Assembly (NCBI GenBank): GCA_046543235.1
Contig: JBKGZT010000006.1
Span: forward strand, 1 to 35,653
Length of the DNA stretch: 35,653 bases
Source: Candidatus Acetothermia bacterium
Lineage (GTDB): Bacteria > Bipolaricaulota > Bipolaricaulia > M55B111
Direction of reading: 5' to 3'
Each line of letters opens with the position of its first letter. The stretch's first letter is position 1. The notes beneath the pieces were generated by a model. The model did not search any database, had not been told where the DNA came from, and worked only from the letters and a program-made list of their open reading frames with translations. Position numbers and translations under genes: made by a program. Positions 26,561-35,592 of the stretch are shown here, one piece after another.

Positions 26561-27049
26561 ATGGAAGAAGAGTTCTGTTTTAACCCCGTAGGCAGGGTCC
26601 TTTCCCCGCACGAATCACCGGAGGGCACTCCGATCCAGCCTTCCGCAGCAGAAGGTGTTGAGGGTAAGGTCGAGGTATTTCCTGATTACAGGGAAGGACT
26701 TGAAGACCTCGAAGGGTTTTCTCACGTCATCCTCGTCTATGTTTTTCACATGTCCGCGGGAAGCGATCTGAAGGTAAAACCATTTATGGACGAGCGGGAC
26801 CGCGGTGTATTCGCGACGAGGAGCCCTGCCAGGCCGAATCCTCTGGGTATCTCCACAGTCAGATTGACCGGGGTTGAGTCCGGTCACCTGCACATCAAGG
26901 ACGTCGATCTGCTGGACGGTACGCCGGTTCTCGACTTAAAACCGTACGTAGCGGAATTCGACCGACCCGATGAGAACGAAAACGGATGGCTGGCGGAAAA
27001 CGTGCACAAGCTGGATGAATCCAGGGACGACGGGCGTTTTGCCCGGTAA
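26561..27049 (+). CDS. trmO: tRNA m6t6A37 methyltransferase TrmO (TsaA/YaeB family)
   Basis: GLEDLEGFSHV, GVFATRSPARPNPLGIS, DLLDGTPVLDLKPY; ATG 26561 after GGAGG. Confidence 0.92.
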   Translation: MEEEFCFNPVGRVLSPHESPEGTPIQPSAAEGVEGKVEVFPDYREGLEDLEGFSHVILVYVFHMSAGSDLKVKPFMDERDRGVFATRSPARPNPLGISTVRLTGVESGHLHIKDVDLLDGTPVLDLKPYVAEFDRPDENENGWLAENVHKLDESRDDGRFAR

Positions 27050-27081
27050 ATGACGACTTATTGGACCTGGAGGTTACCTAG

Positions 27082-28101
27082 ATGAAAGAAGCACTTTTCT
27101 ACGAGGAGCTCGAAGAAGACACGGTAAGGTGCAAGCTTTGCCCCTGGAACTGTGAGATCGAGAATGGCCAGCGAGGTGTATGTGGTGTTCGGGAGAACAG
27201 GGGAGGAAAGCTATATTCCCTGAGCTACGATAATTTGACCTCGGGAACCCCGGATCCGGTGGAGAAGAAGCCCCTCTATAATTTCGCGCCGGGAACGAGC
27301 ACCTACTCGATAGCCACGCCTGGGTGTAACTGGAAGTGCCAGTTCTGTCAGAACTGGCAGATAAGCCAGGGGCCGATAAAGGGAAAGCCGATATCCCCGG
27401 AGGAAATAGTGGAGGCCGCGAAGGAATCCGGCGCAAGTGGAATCAGCTATACCTATTCGGAGCCGACTATATTTTACGAGCTTGCCTACGAGACGGCAAA
27501 GCTGGCCCATGAGGAAGGCATGTACAATACCTTCGTGACCAACGGATACACAAACAGGGAGCCGATCCGAGAGATCGCGCCCTACCTGGACGCTGTTACG
27601 GTGGACTTCAAGGGGTCGGGCGATGAGGACTTTCTCCGTGATTTCGCCGGTGTTCAATCCGTCGAACCGGTTTACGAGGCGATCAAGGAGTACCACGAAC
27701 AGGGTTTGCACTTAGAGATTACCGACCTGATAGTCCCCGAAATTGGGGACTCGGAGGATAAGACAAAAGAGCTGGTGGAGTGGATCGTCGAAGAGCTCGG
27801 AAGGGATGTTCCAGTTCATTTTCTCAGGTTTTATCCGGCAAACGAGATTCAGGACCTGCCGCCCACGGAGGTGAAGAAACTGAAACGGACAAAGGAAATA
27901 GCCGAAACCGCCGGGCTAAACTACGTTTACCTGGGAAACGTACGGGGTAATACTGACATCATTTGTCCGGACTGTGGGAGGACGCTCGTATCGCGGTCGA
28001 TCCGGAGAACGAGGAGTATCGACCTGGACGAAGGGCGATGTCCCGGGTGCGGGACGGAGGTAAACGTGGCTGGGTTGGAATGGATCGAAAGGGGAGATTG
28101 A
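27082..28101 (+). CDS. amrS: AmmeMemoRadiSam system radical SAM enzyme
   Basis: MKEALFYE..VRCKLCPWNC....G.CGVREN, DPVEKKPLYNF.PG, GCNWKCQFCQNWQISQ (CxxxCxxC), YTYSEPTI, C-terminal CPDCG..CPGCG. Confidence 0.9.
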   Translation: MKEALFYEELEEDTVRCKLCPWNCEIENGQRGVCGVRENRGGKLYSLSYDNLTSGTPDPVEKKPLYNFAPGTSTYSIATPGCNWKCQFCQNWQISQGPIKGKPISPEEIVEAAKESGASGISYTYSEPTIFYELAYETAKLAHEEGMYNTFVTNGYTNREPIREIAPYLDAVTVDFKGSGDEDFLRDFAGVQSVEPVYEAIKEYHEQGLHLEITDLIVPEIGDSEDKTKELVEWIVEELGRDVPVHFLRFYPANEIQDLPPTEVKKLKRTKEIAETAGLNYVYLGNVRGNTDIICPDCGRTLVSRSIRRTRSIDLDEGRCPGCGTEVNVAGLEWIERGD

Positions 28102-28243
28102 TATGGTCAAAAGACTCCCCGTTTGCAGGTCCTTCCCAAGAGGTCCTGAACTATAAAGGTCGACGAAAGACCTGAGAAGAGTTAACTCGGGGCAGATTTC
28201 ATGGCCGAGTTGTTGGCAAAGCCCCTTCCCCTGGGTTGCGGCT

Positions 28244-28272
28244 TTGCATTTAAGAACCTGCCCGATTATAGT
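28244..28272 (+). promoter_or_regulatory. Promoter for pfpI-serS-natAB
   Basis: TTGCAT-N17-TATAGT upstream of SD GAGGTGA. Confidence 0.55.
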
Positions 28273-28304
28273 CTATTAATCGAAAGTCAATTGAGGTGAT
28301 AAAT

Positions 28305-28826
28305 GTGAAAGAACTGAAGAACAGGAGGATAGCCTTTCTGGTGGAGAACGGTTACGAGGACCTCGAGTGCTGGTATCCGAAGATAAGACTCGAAGAGGAA
28401 GGTGTTGATACGGTAGTGGCCTCCCGGTCCGCGGGTATCTATGAAAGCAAGCACGGGTACCCAATAGAAGCCAGTTACGCGGCTTCCGAGCTGGAACCGG
28501 AAGCCCTGGACGGAGTAGTAATTCCGGGCGGGACGGGCTCCCCCGACAAGCTGAGACGATCTACAGACGTAACGGGATTCGTGAACGAGATGGACGAGCA
28601 GGGGAAAATGGTGGCGATTATCTGTCACGCTGGCTGGGTCCCAATTTCGGCCGGAATTCTCGGGGACAGAAAGGCGACCAGCTACGTGGCTATCAAGGAC
28701 GACATGGAAAATGCCGGCGTGAACTACCAGGACGAATCGGTCGTGGTGGACGAGAACCTGATTAGCTCCAGGCATCCTGGAGACCTACCGGATTTCCTCA
28801 GGGCAATCATCGACCACCTTTCGTAG
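28305..28826 (+). CDS. PfpI/DJ-1 family protease/deglycase
   Basis: GYEDLE, VIPGG, ICHAG nucleophile elbow, LISSR.PGDLPDF; GTG start after GAGGTGA. Confidence 0.92.
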   Translation: MKELKNRRIAFLVENGYEDLECWYPKIRLEEEGVDTVVASRSAGIYESKHGYPIEASYAASELEPEALDGVVIPGGTGSPDKLRRSTDVTGFVNEMDEQGKMVAIICHAGWVPISAGILGDRKATSYVAIKDDMENAGVNYQDESVVVDENLISSRHPGDLPDFLRAIIDHLS

Positions 28827-28874
28827 AAGGGTCTTTCTCGGCGAAATACGAGCTTTGAGTGGTGATTATTCTTA

Positions 28875-30182
28875 ATGCTAGATATCGAGCTGATTAGGCA
28901 AAACCCGGAGGAAGTAGAAAAGAAGTTACGAACCCGGGTGAAAGACGTAGATATAGGGAAGATACTCGAGCTGGACGAGAAGAGGCGTTCGTTAATCGGG
29001 GAAGTGGAGGATCTCAGGCACGAAAGGAACGAGGAATCCGAGCGGATAGGGAAGCTGAAACGCGAGGGAAAAGAAGAAAAGGCGGACGAGCTGATAGAAA
29101 AAACCGGCCGAATTGCCGAAGAGATAGACGAACTTGAGGAAGAGCTTCAATCCGTAGAGGCTGAGCTACAGGACGAGCTGGACGATTTACCCAACTTGCC
29201 TCACGAGTCCGTTCCCGTTAGCGATCTGGAAGAAGACAAGGAAGTTCTGGCTGAGTACGGCGAGAAAGAGACTTTCGACTTCGAACCCAGGAATCATTTG
29301 GAGCTAGGGGAACGGCACGACCTGTTCCGCTTTGAGGAGGCCGCAAAGATATCCGGAGCACGCTTTCCATTTTATTACGGGGACGGGGCGTCCCTGGAGA
29401 TGGGACTTATCAATTTCATGTACTTTTACCAGGTCCGGGAGAACGAATACACACCGGTATTTCCTCCCTATCTCGCGAAAGAATCCAGTTACTACACATC
29501 CGGTCAGTTGCCAAAGTTCGAGGACGACCTTTACAGGATAGATCGCAGAGGAGAAGGCGAAGAGGAGCTCTATCTGAACCCGACCTCCGAGAGTATAATA
29601 GTAAACTACCACAGGGACGAGATCCTTTCGGAGGACACCCTTCCTGAGAAGTACGTCGCCTTCACGACCTGTTTTCGCAGGGAGGCAGGAAGCTACGGCG
29701 AGGAGGAGAGAGGTTTGATTCGGACCCACCAGTTTAACAAGGTAGAGCTTTTCAGGTTCACCCGGCCGGAAACTTCCTATAACCACTTTGACGGAATCAT
29801 CGAGGACGCTGAGTCGATCCTGCAGGAACTCGACCTTCACTACCGAAAAGTACTCCTGCCCACCGCTGATCTGGCCCAGCAGTCCAGCAAGACCGTCGAC
29901 CTCGAAGTATGGCTTCCGGCACAGGAGCAGTACTACGAGGTCTCTTCCATCAGTAACTGTGAGGACTTTCAGGCCAGGAGGGGGAATATCCGCTATCGCC
30001 CGACGGGCAGTGAGACCGATGAGCCCGGAGGAAAACCGGAATACGTCCATACTCTTAACGGTTCGGGCCTTGCGACCTCACGTCTGCTGGTCGCCTTGCT
30101 TGAGAACAACCAGAACCGTGATGGATCGATTGACCTGCCGGAGCCTCTATCCAGATATCTGGGGAAGGACGTGTTAACTTGA
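28875..30182 (+). CDS. serS: Serine--tRNA ligase
   Basis: MLDI..IR, coiled-coil arm, GQLPKFEDD, PTSE, CFRREAGS, HQFNKVE, EVSSISNCEDFQARR, HTLNGSGLA. Confidence 0.98.
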   Translation: MLDIELIRQNPEEVEKKLRTRVKDVDIGKILELDEKRRSLIGEVEDLRHERNEESERIGKLKREGKEEKADELIEKTGRIAEEIDELEEELQSVEAELQDELDDLPNLPHESVPVSDLEEDKEVLAEYGEKETFDFEPRNHLELGERHDLFRFEEAAKISGARFPFYYGDGASLEMGLINFMYFYQVRENEYTPVFPPYLAKESSYYTSGQLPKFEDDLYRIDRRGEGEEELYLNPTSESIIVNYHRDEILSEDTLPEKYVAFTTCFRREAGSYGEEERGLIRTHQFNKVELFRFTRPETSYNHFDGIIEDAESILQELDLHYRKVLLPTADLAQQSSKTVDLEVWLPAQEQYYEVSSISNCEDFQARRGNIRYRPTGSETDEPGGKPEYVHTLNGSGLATSRLLVALLENNQNRDGSIDLPEPLSRYLGKDVLT

Positions 30183-30934
30183 ACTCAAAGCAGATAAAGG
30201 TCAGGACGGTCGACCTGACCAAGAAATTCGACCTGAGCCGGAAGGAGTCGATTACGGCGGTAAGGAAGATGAATCTGGAGGCGACTTCGGGCGAGGTCCT
30301 CGGGATATTAGGTCCGAACGGGGCAGGGAAGACCACTGCCCTTAGGATGATATCCACAATTTTGAGACCGACCTCCGGTACGGCCGTCGTCGAAGGCCAC
30401 GACGTCGTAAAGGAGCCATTACAGGTACGTCAGTCGATCGGTTACCTCGCCACGGAAATGGGTCTTTACGGCCGACTCACTCCCACGGAAACTCTGACCT
30501 TTTTTGCCAGAATTAACGGACTGGAAGAGGACAGGATCGAACCGAGGATGGGGGAGGTTTTCGACATTCTCGACATGAGGGAGTTTTTGGGCAGAAAGGT
30601 AAATAACCTCTCCACGGGAATGAAACAGAAGCTATCGCTTGCTCGCAGCATCATACACGATCCGCCGGTCCTGATTTTCGACGAACCGACGCAGGGGCTC
30701 GACCTGATGACGTCGAAGACGGTAACCGATTACATAGAGGAATTTAAACGGGAAGGAAAGACGATTATCCTGTCCAGCCATATAATGAACGTTGCCGAGA
30801 AGCTTTGTGACAAGGTTGCTATACTGTTTGAGGGAGAAGTAAAAGCGTTCGGACGCCTGGATCAGTTGCTGGAAAGGCACGGCCGGGAGGACCTGGAATC
30901 CCTTTTCTTCGACATAGTGGAGGGAGGAAACTAA
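30179..30934 (+). CDS. natA: ABC transporter ATP-binding subunit, NatA-like (Na+ efflux)
   Basis: GPNGAGKTT.LRM, LSTGMKQK, IFDEPT.GLD, SSHIM. Confidence 0.8.
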   Translation: MNSKQIKVRTVDLTKKFDLSRKESITAVRKMNLEATSGEVLGILGPNGAGKTTALRMISTILRPTSGTAVVEGHDVVKEPLQVRQSIGYLATEMGLYGRLTPTETLTFFARINGLEEDRIEPRMGEVFDILDMREFLGRKVNNLSTGMKQKLSLARSIIHDPPVLIFDEPTQGLDLMTSKTVTDYIEEFKREGKTIILSSHIMNVAEKLCDKVAILFEGEVKAFGRLDQLLERHGREDLESLFFDIVEGGN

Positions 30935-32100
30935 TGAGAAATACCTGGCTTCTGTTCAGAAAAGAGCTTCTGGCCGCATTAAGGGATAGGAGGACCGCTA
31001 TTCTTGTTATTGTCTTCCCGCTCGTTTTCTATCCGACGATGCTGGGGTTAATATTTCACTTTACCAGCCAGAACGTAACTGGAGACGAGGGGACGATTTC
31101 AAGGGTAATCTATCACAATAGAGAAGACTCCCCCGTCCTTGCCGAGTTCTTTCGGAAGGATGATGAAGTCCATACCACGTTTTACGAAGAGGAATCGGAG
31201 GCCAGATCTGCTTATCAAGAGAAGCGTGGGGACGTTCTTTTGCTCGCCTCTCAGGGAGAGTCTGACGGGCTGACGGTTGATATATCCTACAGGGAGTACG
31301 ACCAGGAATCCGAAATAGGTGTAAGCAGGACGAGATCGATTCTGGAAAACTATCTTGAAGAGTCGATGAGACAGCAGCTGGAGGGAATGGGGATAAGCTA
31401 CGAAGAAATTACCCCTCCGATGGAGATAAACGTCAGCGGTACGGGTGATGCCCAATCGATGATCGGCGGCGAAATGCTGAAGATGATGCTACCTTACTTC
31501 GTGATTCTATCGATAATCACAGCGGCGATGGGGCTGGGGGCAGAGATAACCGCGGGAGAAAAGGAAAAGAGGACGATTTCTACCCTACTGGTCTCGCGCC
31601 TCTCCCGGGAGGAGATAGTTCTCGGAAAGTTCCTGACGGTCTTCCTGGTGGCGTCAATTGCTGCCGTCTTTAGCGTGGTCGGGCTGATCTATGGTCTGGG
31701 CCTTTTTGGGGTAGAACTACCGATGGAGACGTTGACGGCCGGTATCTTTGTCGGCATCCTTTTTACCGTCCTGCCCCTGGTGGCTTTGCTTTCGTCGCTG
31801 GTAATCGGGATTGGTTCTTTCTCGCGGACACAGAAAGAAGCGAATGTATACCAAACCCCTGTACTCATGCTGGTCGTACTGACCGGCATATTATCGATGA
31901 CGGGGGGGCTGGATTTCGGAACTGCCGCTTATTTCATTCCCTTACTCAACTCTCTTGAGACGTTCAAGGAACTTATCGAAGGAGTCGTGGATCCTTTTCA
32001 CATCGGTGCAACTTTTTTGACCACGGTCCCGCTCGCGGTTTTGCTCATTTTTCTCTCGATCTCGCTGTTTAAAAAAGAGGATATACTCTTCCGGCAGTAG
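30934..32100 (+). CDS. natB: ABC permease, NatB-like
   Basis: KEL...LRDRRT, AGEKEKRTISTLL, GKFL; multiple TM helices. Confidence 0.8.
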   Translation: MRNTWLLFRKELLAALRDRRTAILVIVFPLVFYPTMLGLIFHFTSQNVTGDEGTISRVIYHNREDSPVLAEFFRKDDEVHTTFYEEESEARSAYQEKRGDVLLLASQGESDGLTVDISYREYDQESEIGVSRTRSILENYLEESMRQQLEGMGISYEEITPPMEINVSGTGDAQSMIGGEMLKMMLPYFVILSIITAAMGLGAEITAGEKEKRTISTLLVSRLSREEIVLGKFLTVFLVASIAAVFSVVGLIYGLGLFGVELPMETLTAGIFVGILFTVLPLVALLSSLVIGIGSFSRTQKEANVYQTPVLMLVVLTGILSMTGGLDFGTAAYFIPLLNSLETFKELIEGVVDPFHIGATFLTTVPLAVLLIFLSISLFKKEDILFRQ

Positions 32101-32153
32101 AAACCGGTTTGGGGGGTTGAAGGTTAAACGAGTCCGCCAAAAGGGGGAGAAAG

Positions 32154-32182
32154 TTGACTGAAACTCGAGTTCAGGATATCAT
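32154..32182 (+). promoter_or_regulatory. Promoter of the lytic transglycosylase gene
   Basis: TTGACT-N17-TATCAT; the spacer holds an imperfect palindrome CTGAAACTCGAGTTCAG. Confidence 0.6.
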
Positions 32183-32227
32183 ACCGGGGAATCGCAGTCG
32201 CTTTTTTTAGACCGTCGAGGAGAAATT

Positions 32228-34312
32228 ATGAAGCTTCAGACCAAAGCTGCTTTTATGGCAGGACTTATCCCGCTTGTCCTTATTGCTGTTTTGCTTCAAC
32301 CCGTTCCCGGTCGTTCTCAAACGGTAGAGACGTCCGAAGAACTGATTGGGGCCGTGGAAGCACTCGATCGGGGGAATTACGAAACTGCGGTGGAAGTTCT
32401 CTCGGAGTACCCGAACGAGGCGCCTTTGAGTTCTTATGCTAAATATTTGCTCTCCAAGGCCTATCTTGGCTCGGGCAGGCCAAAAGAGGCCCTGGATTCC
32501 CTCGAAGGAATAGAAGCTGGTAGGACGGAAGAAGTGCTGAAATTCGAGAGGTATTACCTGCAGGCAAAGGCGCTACATGCTCTGGACAGGAACGACCGGG
32601 CTGGGGATCTGGGGCAGGAGGCAGAAAGTTATGCCGAAACGACGGAAGAGAAGAGTAAACTGTACGAGCTCCGTTCCTTGATAGCCCGGGAGAGAGGGGA
32701 CTTCCGGAAGGAGCTGAAATTTTCAATCCGTTTGATGGAAACCACGAACCTGAGGTTCATTGGAGAGGAGCGGGAGCGTTTATTCGATCGAACGGAAGAG
32801 ATAATCGAGCGATTGAGCTTTGAAGATCAGGAGCTCCAGCGCCAACTTTACTCTTTTATCGAAACCCTGATTAGGTACAGGGAGTACCGCCGGGCCAGGA
32901 GCCTGTTGCTGCGCCACATGGGGGATTGGACCGGCGACGTTAAAACCAGTGCGTATTTCCGACTTGCCTGGCTCGACGGACAGAAGCTGGACTTTCCCGA
33001 AGAAGCCCTCTGGACATTTCAGAGGTTACTTCGATCCGACCTGGACGCCTCACAGGAGGCAAGGGGGAAGTACTACCTGGCCCTTACGAAGAACGAAGCC
33101 GAAGATGAATATGATCTAGTGGGAAATCTTCTTCGGATAAACGATGCCTATCCGGATACCTACTTCGGAAAAATGGCTGCTAGGAAGGCTTTTGAGCAGG
33201 AGACCGAGGACGCAAATCTCTCCGTTTTGGATGAGACGCTCGAACGGTACAAAAATAGGCTTTCCCGGAGGGCCGTTCGGGACCAGACCTGGCGGCTTTT
33301 CTTCAAAAGCTACGCTCGAGAAAGTTTCAAATCCGCACTTGATTACCTCGGGATTCTCGAATCCTATTACGATACCACTCCGCCGAAGTTTCATTTCTGG
33401 AGACGGAAGGTAAGGATCGCGAGCCCAGAACTGGAGGCCGGAAGCGATCTTGAAGTTGCTACTTTTCAGAGGAATAGCCCGACCGACTACTACTCTCTCC
33501 TTGCCGGTGAAAAAGGCTGGTCGCGGGGAAGTTTTCAGGTAAGTGAGACATGGGCGGACTACCAAATTGGACTGGAAGAGGTGGAGGGCCGGCTACTCGA
33601 AGGGGATTTCCCTGGGGACACGCTTGCTAGGATCGAGATGGCGATATTATTGAAAGAACACGGTCTACTGAGAACGGCTCTGGCCAGGCTGGAAAGGGTT
33701 AAATCGGATATACCGGAACACGACTATTTATTTCTAAAGTTTCGCTGGCAACGACTGGCCGGACGGTACAGAGAGTCCCTGAAAGCTGCGTCCGCCCTGA
33801 TGGGCTGGTACTACGAGGGAAATCGCAGGCCACCGGTTGGTGTGGTAGAGGGGGCATATCCGAGGTATTACTCCGAGGAAGTAAATCGGGCGGCTGGAAG
33901 GTTCGGCCTGCCGACCGAGCTGATTTACGCGGTAATAAGGCAGGAGAGTGCTTTCGACAGACTGGCCTATTCCACGGCAAAAGCCGGCGGCTTGATGCAG
34001 GTAATACCTTCTACCGCTAGAGGGATTGCGCAAGACCTCGGGAAAGAAAAATTCCGGTTCGAAGACCTCTTCGACACCGAAGTTGCCGTGGAGTACGGGA
34101 GCTACTACGTGAATAAACAGTTGTCCGGTACGGAGGATGCACGCCTGGGATTGATAGCCTATCACGGTGGCCCCGGCAATCTAAGTCGCTGGAGGGAAGA
34201 GTACGGGGCCAAAGACGTTGATTTGTTTGTCGAGCGAATCCCGAAGGACAGCACCGAGAACTACGTGAAAGCGGTCTACCGAAATTACCTGGTGTACCGG
34301 AATCTCTATTGA
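32228..34312 (+). CDS. Slt70-like soluble lytic murein transglycosylase with TPR/superhelical N-terminus
   Basis: Signal peptide, helical repeats, IRQESAF (catalytic Glu), GLMQVIP.TA, AYHGGPG, TENYVKAV. Confidence 0.92.
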   Translation: MKLQTKAAFMAGLIPLVLIAVLLQPVPGRSQTVETSEELIGAVEALDRGNYETAVEVLSEYPNEAPLSSYAKYLLSKAYLGSGRPKEALDSLEGIEAGRTEEVLKFERYYLQAKALHALDRNDRAGDLGQEAESYAETTEEKSKLYELRSLIARERGDFRKELKFSIRLMETTNLRFIGEERERLFDRTEEIIERLSFEDQELQRQLYSFIETLIRYREYRRARSLLLRHMGDWTGDVKTSAYFRLAWLDGQKLDFPEEALWTFQRLLRSDLDASQEARGKYYLALTKNEAEDEYDLVGNLLRINDAYPDTYFGKMAARKAFEQETEDANLSVLDETLERYKNRLSRRAVRDQTWRLFFKSYARESFKSALDYLGILESYYDTTPPKFHFWRRKVRIASPELEAGSDLEVATFQRNSPTDYYSLLAGEKGWSRGSFQVSETWADYQIGLEEVEGRLLEGDFPGDTLARIEMAILLKEHGLLRTALARLERVKSDIPEHDYLFLKFRWQRLAGRYRESLKAASALMGWYYEGNRRPPVGVVEGAYPRYYSEEVNRAAGRFGLPTELIYAVIRQESAFDRLAYSTAKAGGLMQVIPSTARGIAQDLGKEKFRFEDLFDTEVAVEYGSYYVNKQLSGTEDARLGLIAYHGGPGNLSRWREEYGAKDVDLFVERIPKDSTENYVKAVYRNYLVYRNLY

Positions 34313-34366
34313 AATTAACCTCTCCAGGCGTAAGCTGAAAAGCGAATCACGATTTCGGGTCCTTGC

Positions 34367-34894
34367 TTAAAAGAAGAATCGGGAGAGCAGGTAAATAAGT
34401 ACCCCCAGACCCGTAATACCGAAAGTCAGAAAAAACAGCAGCTTCAGCGCGAACCGCCTTGCGAACCGCTTGTCGTCTTCTGAAAGGTCAGGGTCCTTGG
34501 GATTCTTTATCTCTAATTTGTTGGCTTTTTTTCGTTGCTTTACGGATTCGCCGACCCTACCCTGATCTTTGTATACCACGGCTAGGTTGTGCTGAGCATT
34601 GACGTGTTCTTCGTTTTCTTCTATGGCGCGCTCGTAGGAATACTCCGCACGATCCAGGTCGCCGGCGTCGTAAAAGGTGTTTCCCAGCCTGTAGTAAACC
34701 TCGTCCCTGTTTACCCCGAGCTCGAGCGCCTTCAGGAGTTTCTCCTTCGCACCCTGATAGTTACCGGCCTCCCTTAACTCCTGCCCCTTTTCGACGAGGC
34801 GGTCGACGCGGTCTCTTTTTTCGGAAGGAGAGAGGTCCGATCCGCCGTCTAGCTCGACTTCAAGGTCTTTTTTACTTTCTTTATGTCCTGCCAT
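34367..34894 (-). CDS. TPR protein with C-terminal transmembrane anchor
   Basis: About three TPRs (VYYRLGNTFYDAGDLDRAEYSYERAIE, AQHNLAVVY) and a hydrophobic C-terminal helix. Confidence 0.85.
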   Translation of the reverse strand: MAGHKESKKDLEVELDGGSDLSPSEKRDRVDRLVEKGQELREAGNYQGAKEKLLKALELGVNRDEVYYRLGNTFYDAGDLDRAEYSYERAIEENEEHVNAQHNLAVVYKDQGRVGESVKQRKKANKLEIKNPKDPDLSEDDKRFARRFALKLLFFLTFGITGLGVLIYLLSRFFF

Positions 34895-35448
34895 GTCTGG
34901 TATTTCGGACTCCCTTTCTCCTTTGATGGATTGCGCAGCAGGTAGCTCGGATGGAACATCGGAAAGACCTGGATCTCTCCCCGCCAGCCGTAGAACTTCC
35001 CTCTTGCCGAGGTAATACCTTCCTCCGTGTCGAGCAAGGTCTTAGTGGCAGTGTTTCCGAGAGTTACTATTATGGACGGGTTTATTTCGGCAATTTGAGC
35101 CTCAAGGTAAGGCAGACAGGCGTCGATCTCGTCGGATTTTGGCGTGCGATTATTGGGTGGTCGGCACTTTACTATGTTGGTTATAAAGACCTGATCGCGT
35201 TCCATGGAAACGGAACTCAGGATATCCGTTAGCTTGTCGCCCGCCCGCCCGACGAAAGGTCTTCCCTGTTGGTCTTCCTGTTTACCCGGTCCCTCGCCTA
35301 CGAAAAGGATCTCCGAGCCAGGATCTCCTTCACCGGGTACCGCCCGCGTTCTGTTTTCCGATAGCCTACACTTCGTACAGTTTCTGACCCTCTCAGCTAT
35401 CTCCGCTAAATCCAACCGAAACAAACCCCTGTCAGAAGTATTGTTCAC
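34849..35448 (-). CDS. Family-4 (Fe-S) uracil-DNA glycosylase
   Basis: CTKCRL, GEGPG..ED..GRPFVG.AG, NIVKCRPPNNRTP, FHPSYLLR. Confidence 0.95.
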   Translation of the reverse strand: MNNTSDRGLFRLDLAEIAERVRNCTKCRLSENRTRAVPGEGDPGSEILFVGEGPGKQEDQQGRPFVGRAGDKLTDILSSVSMERDQVFITNIVKCRPPNNRTPKSDEIDACLPYLEAQIAEINPSIIVTLGNTATKTLLDTEEGITSARGKFYGWRGEIQVFPMFHPSYLLRNPSKEKGSPKYQTWQDIKKVKKTLKSS

Positions 35449-35480
35449 CTTGGGCTCCCGGTTACGGTAATCAAAGCATC

Positions 35481-35555
35481 TGGAGCGGGCAACGGGATTT
35501 GAACCCGCGACTTACAGCATGGGAAGCTGTCGCTCTACCACTGAGCTATGCCCGC
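35481..35555 (-). tRNA. tRNA-Gly(CCC)
   Basis: Reverse complement GCGGGCATAGCTCAGTGGTAGAGCGACAGCTT-CCC-ATGCTGTAAGTCGCGGGTTCAAATCCCGTTGCCCGCTCCA forms a full cloverleaf with encoded CCA. Confidence 0.97.
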
Positions 35556-35564
35556 ATCAATACA

Positions 35565-35592
35565 ATTATAAGGATGAAATCACGGCTTACAA
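35565..35592 (-). promoter_or_regulatory. Promoter for tRNA-Gly (and probably the UDG and TPR genes)
   Basis: Minus strand TTGTAA-N16-TATAAT, 9 nt before the tRNA. Confidence 0.65.

Noticed and set aside
28102-28300. T-box leader for serS
   Set aside because: There is no TGGNACC T-box sequence or terminator/antiterminator, and pfpI with its own promoter intervenes.
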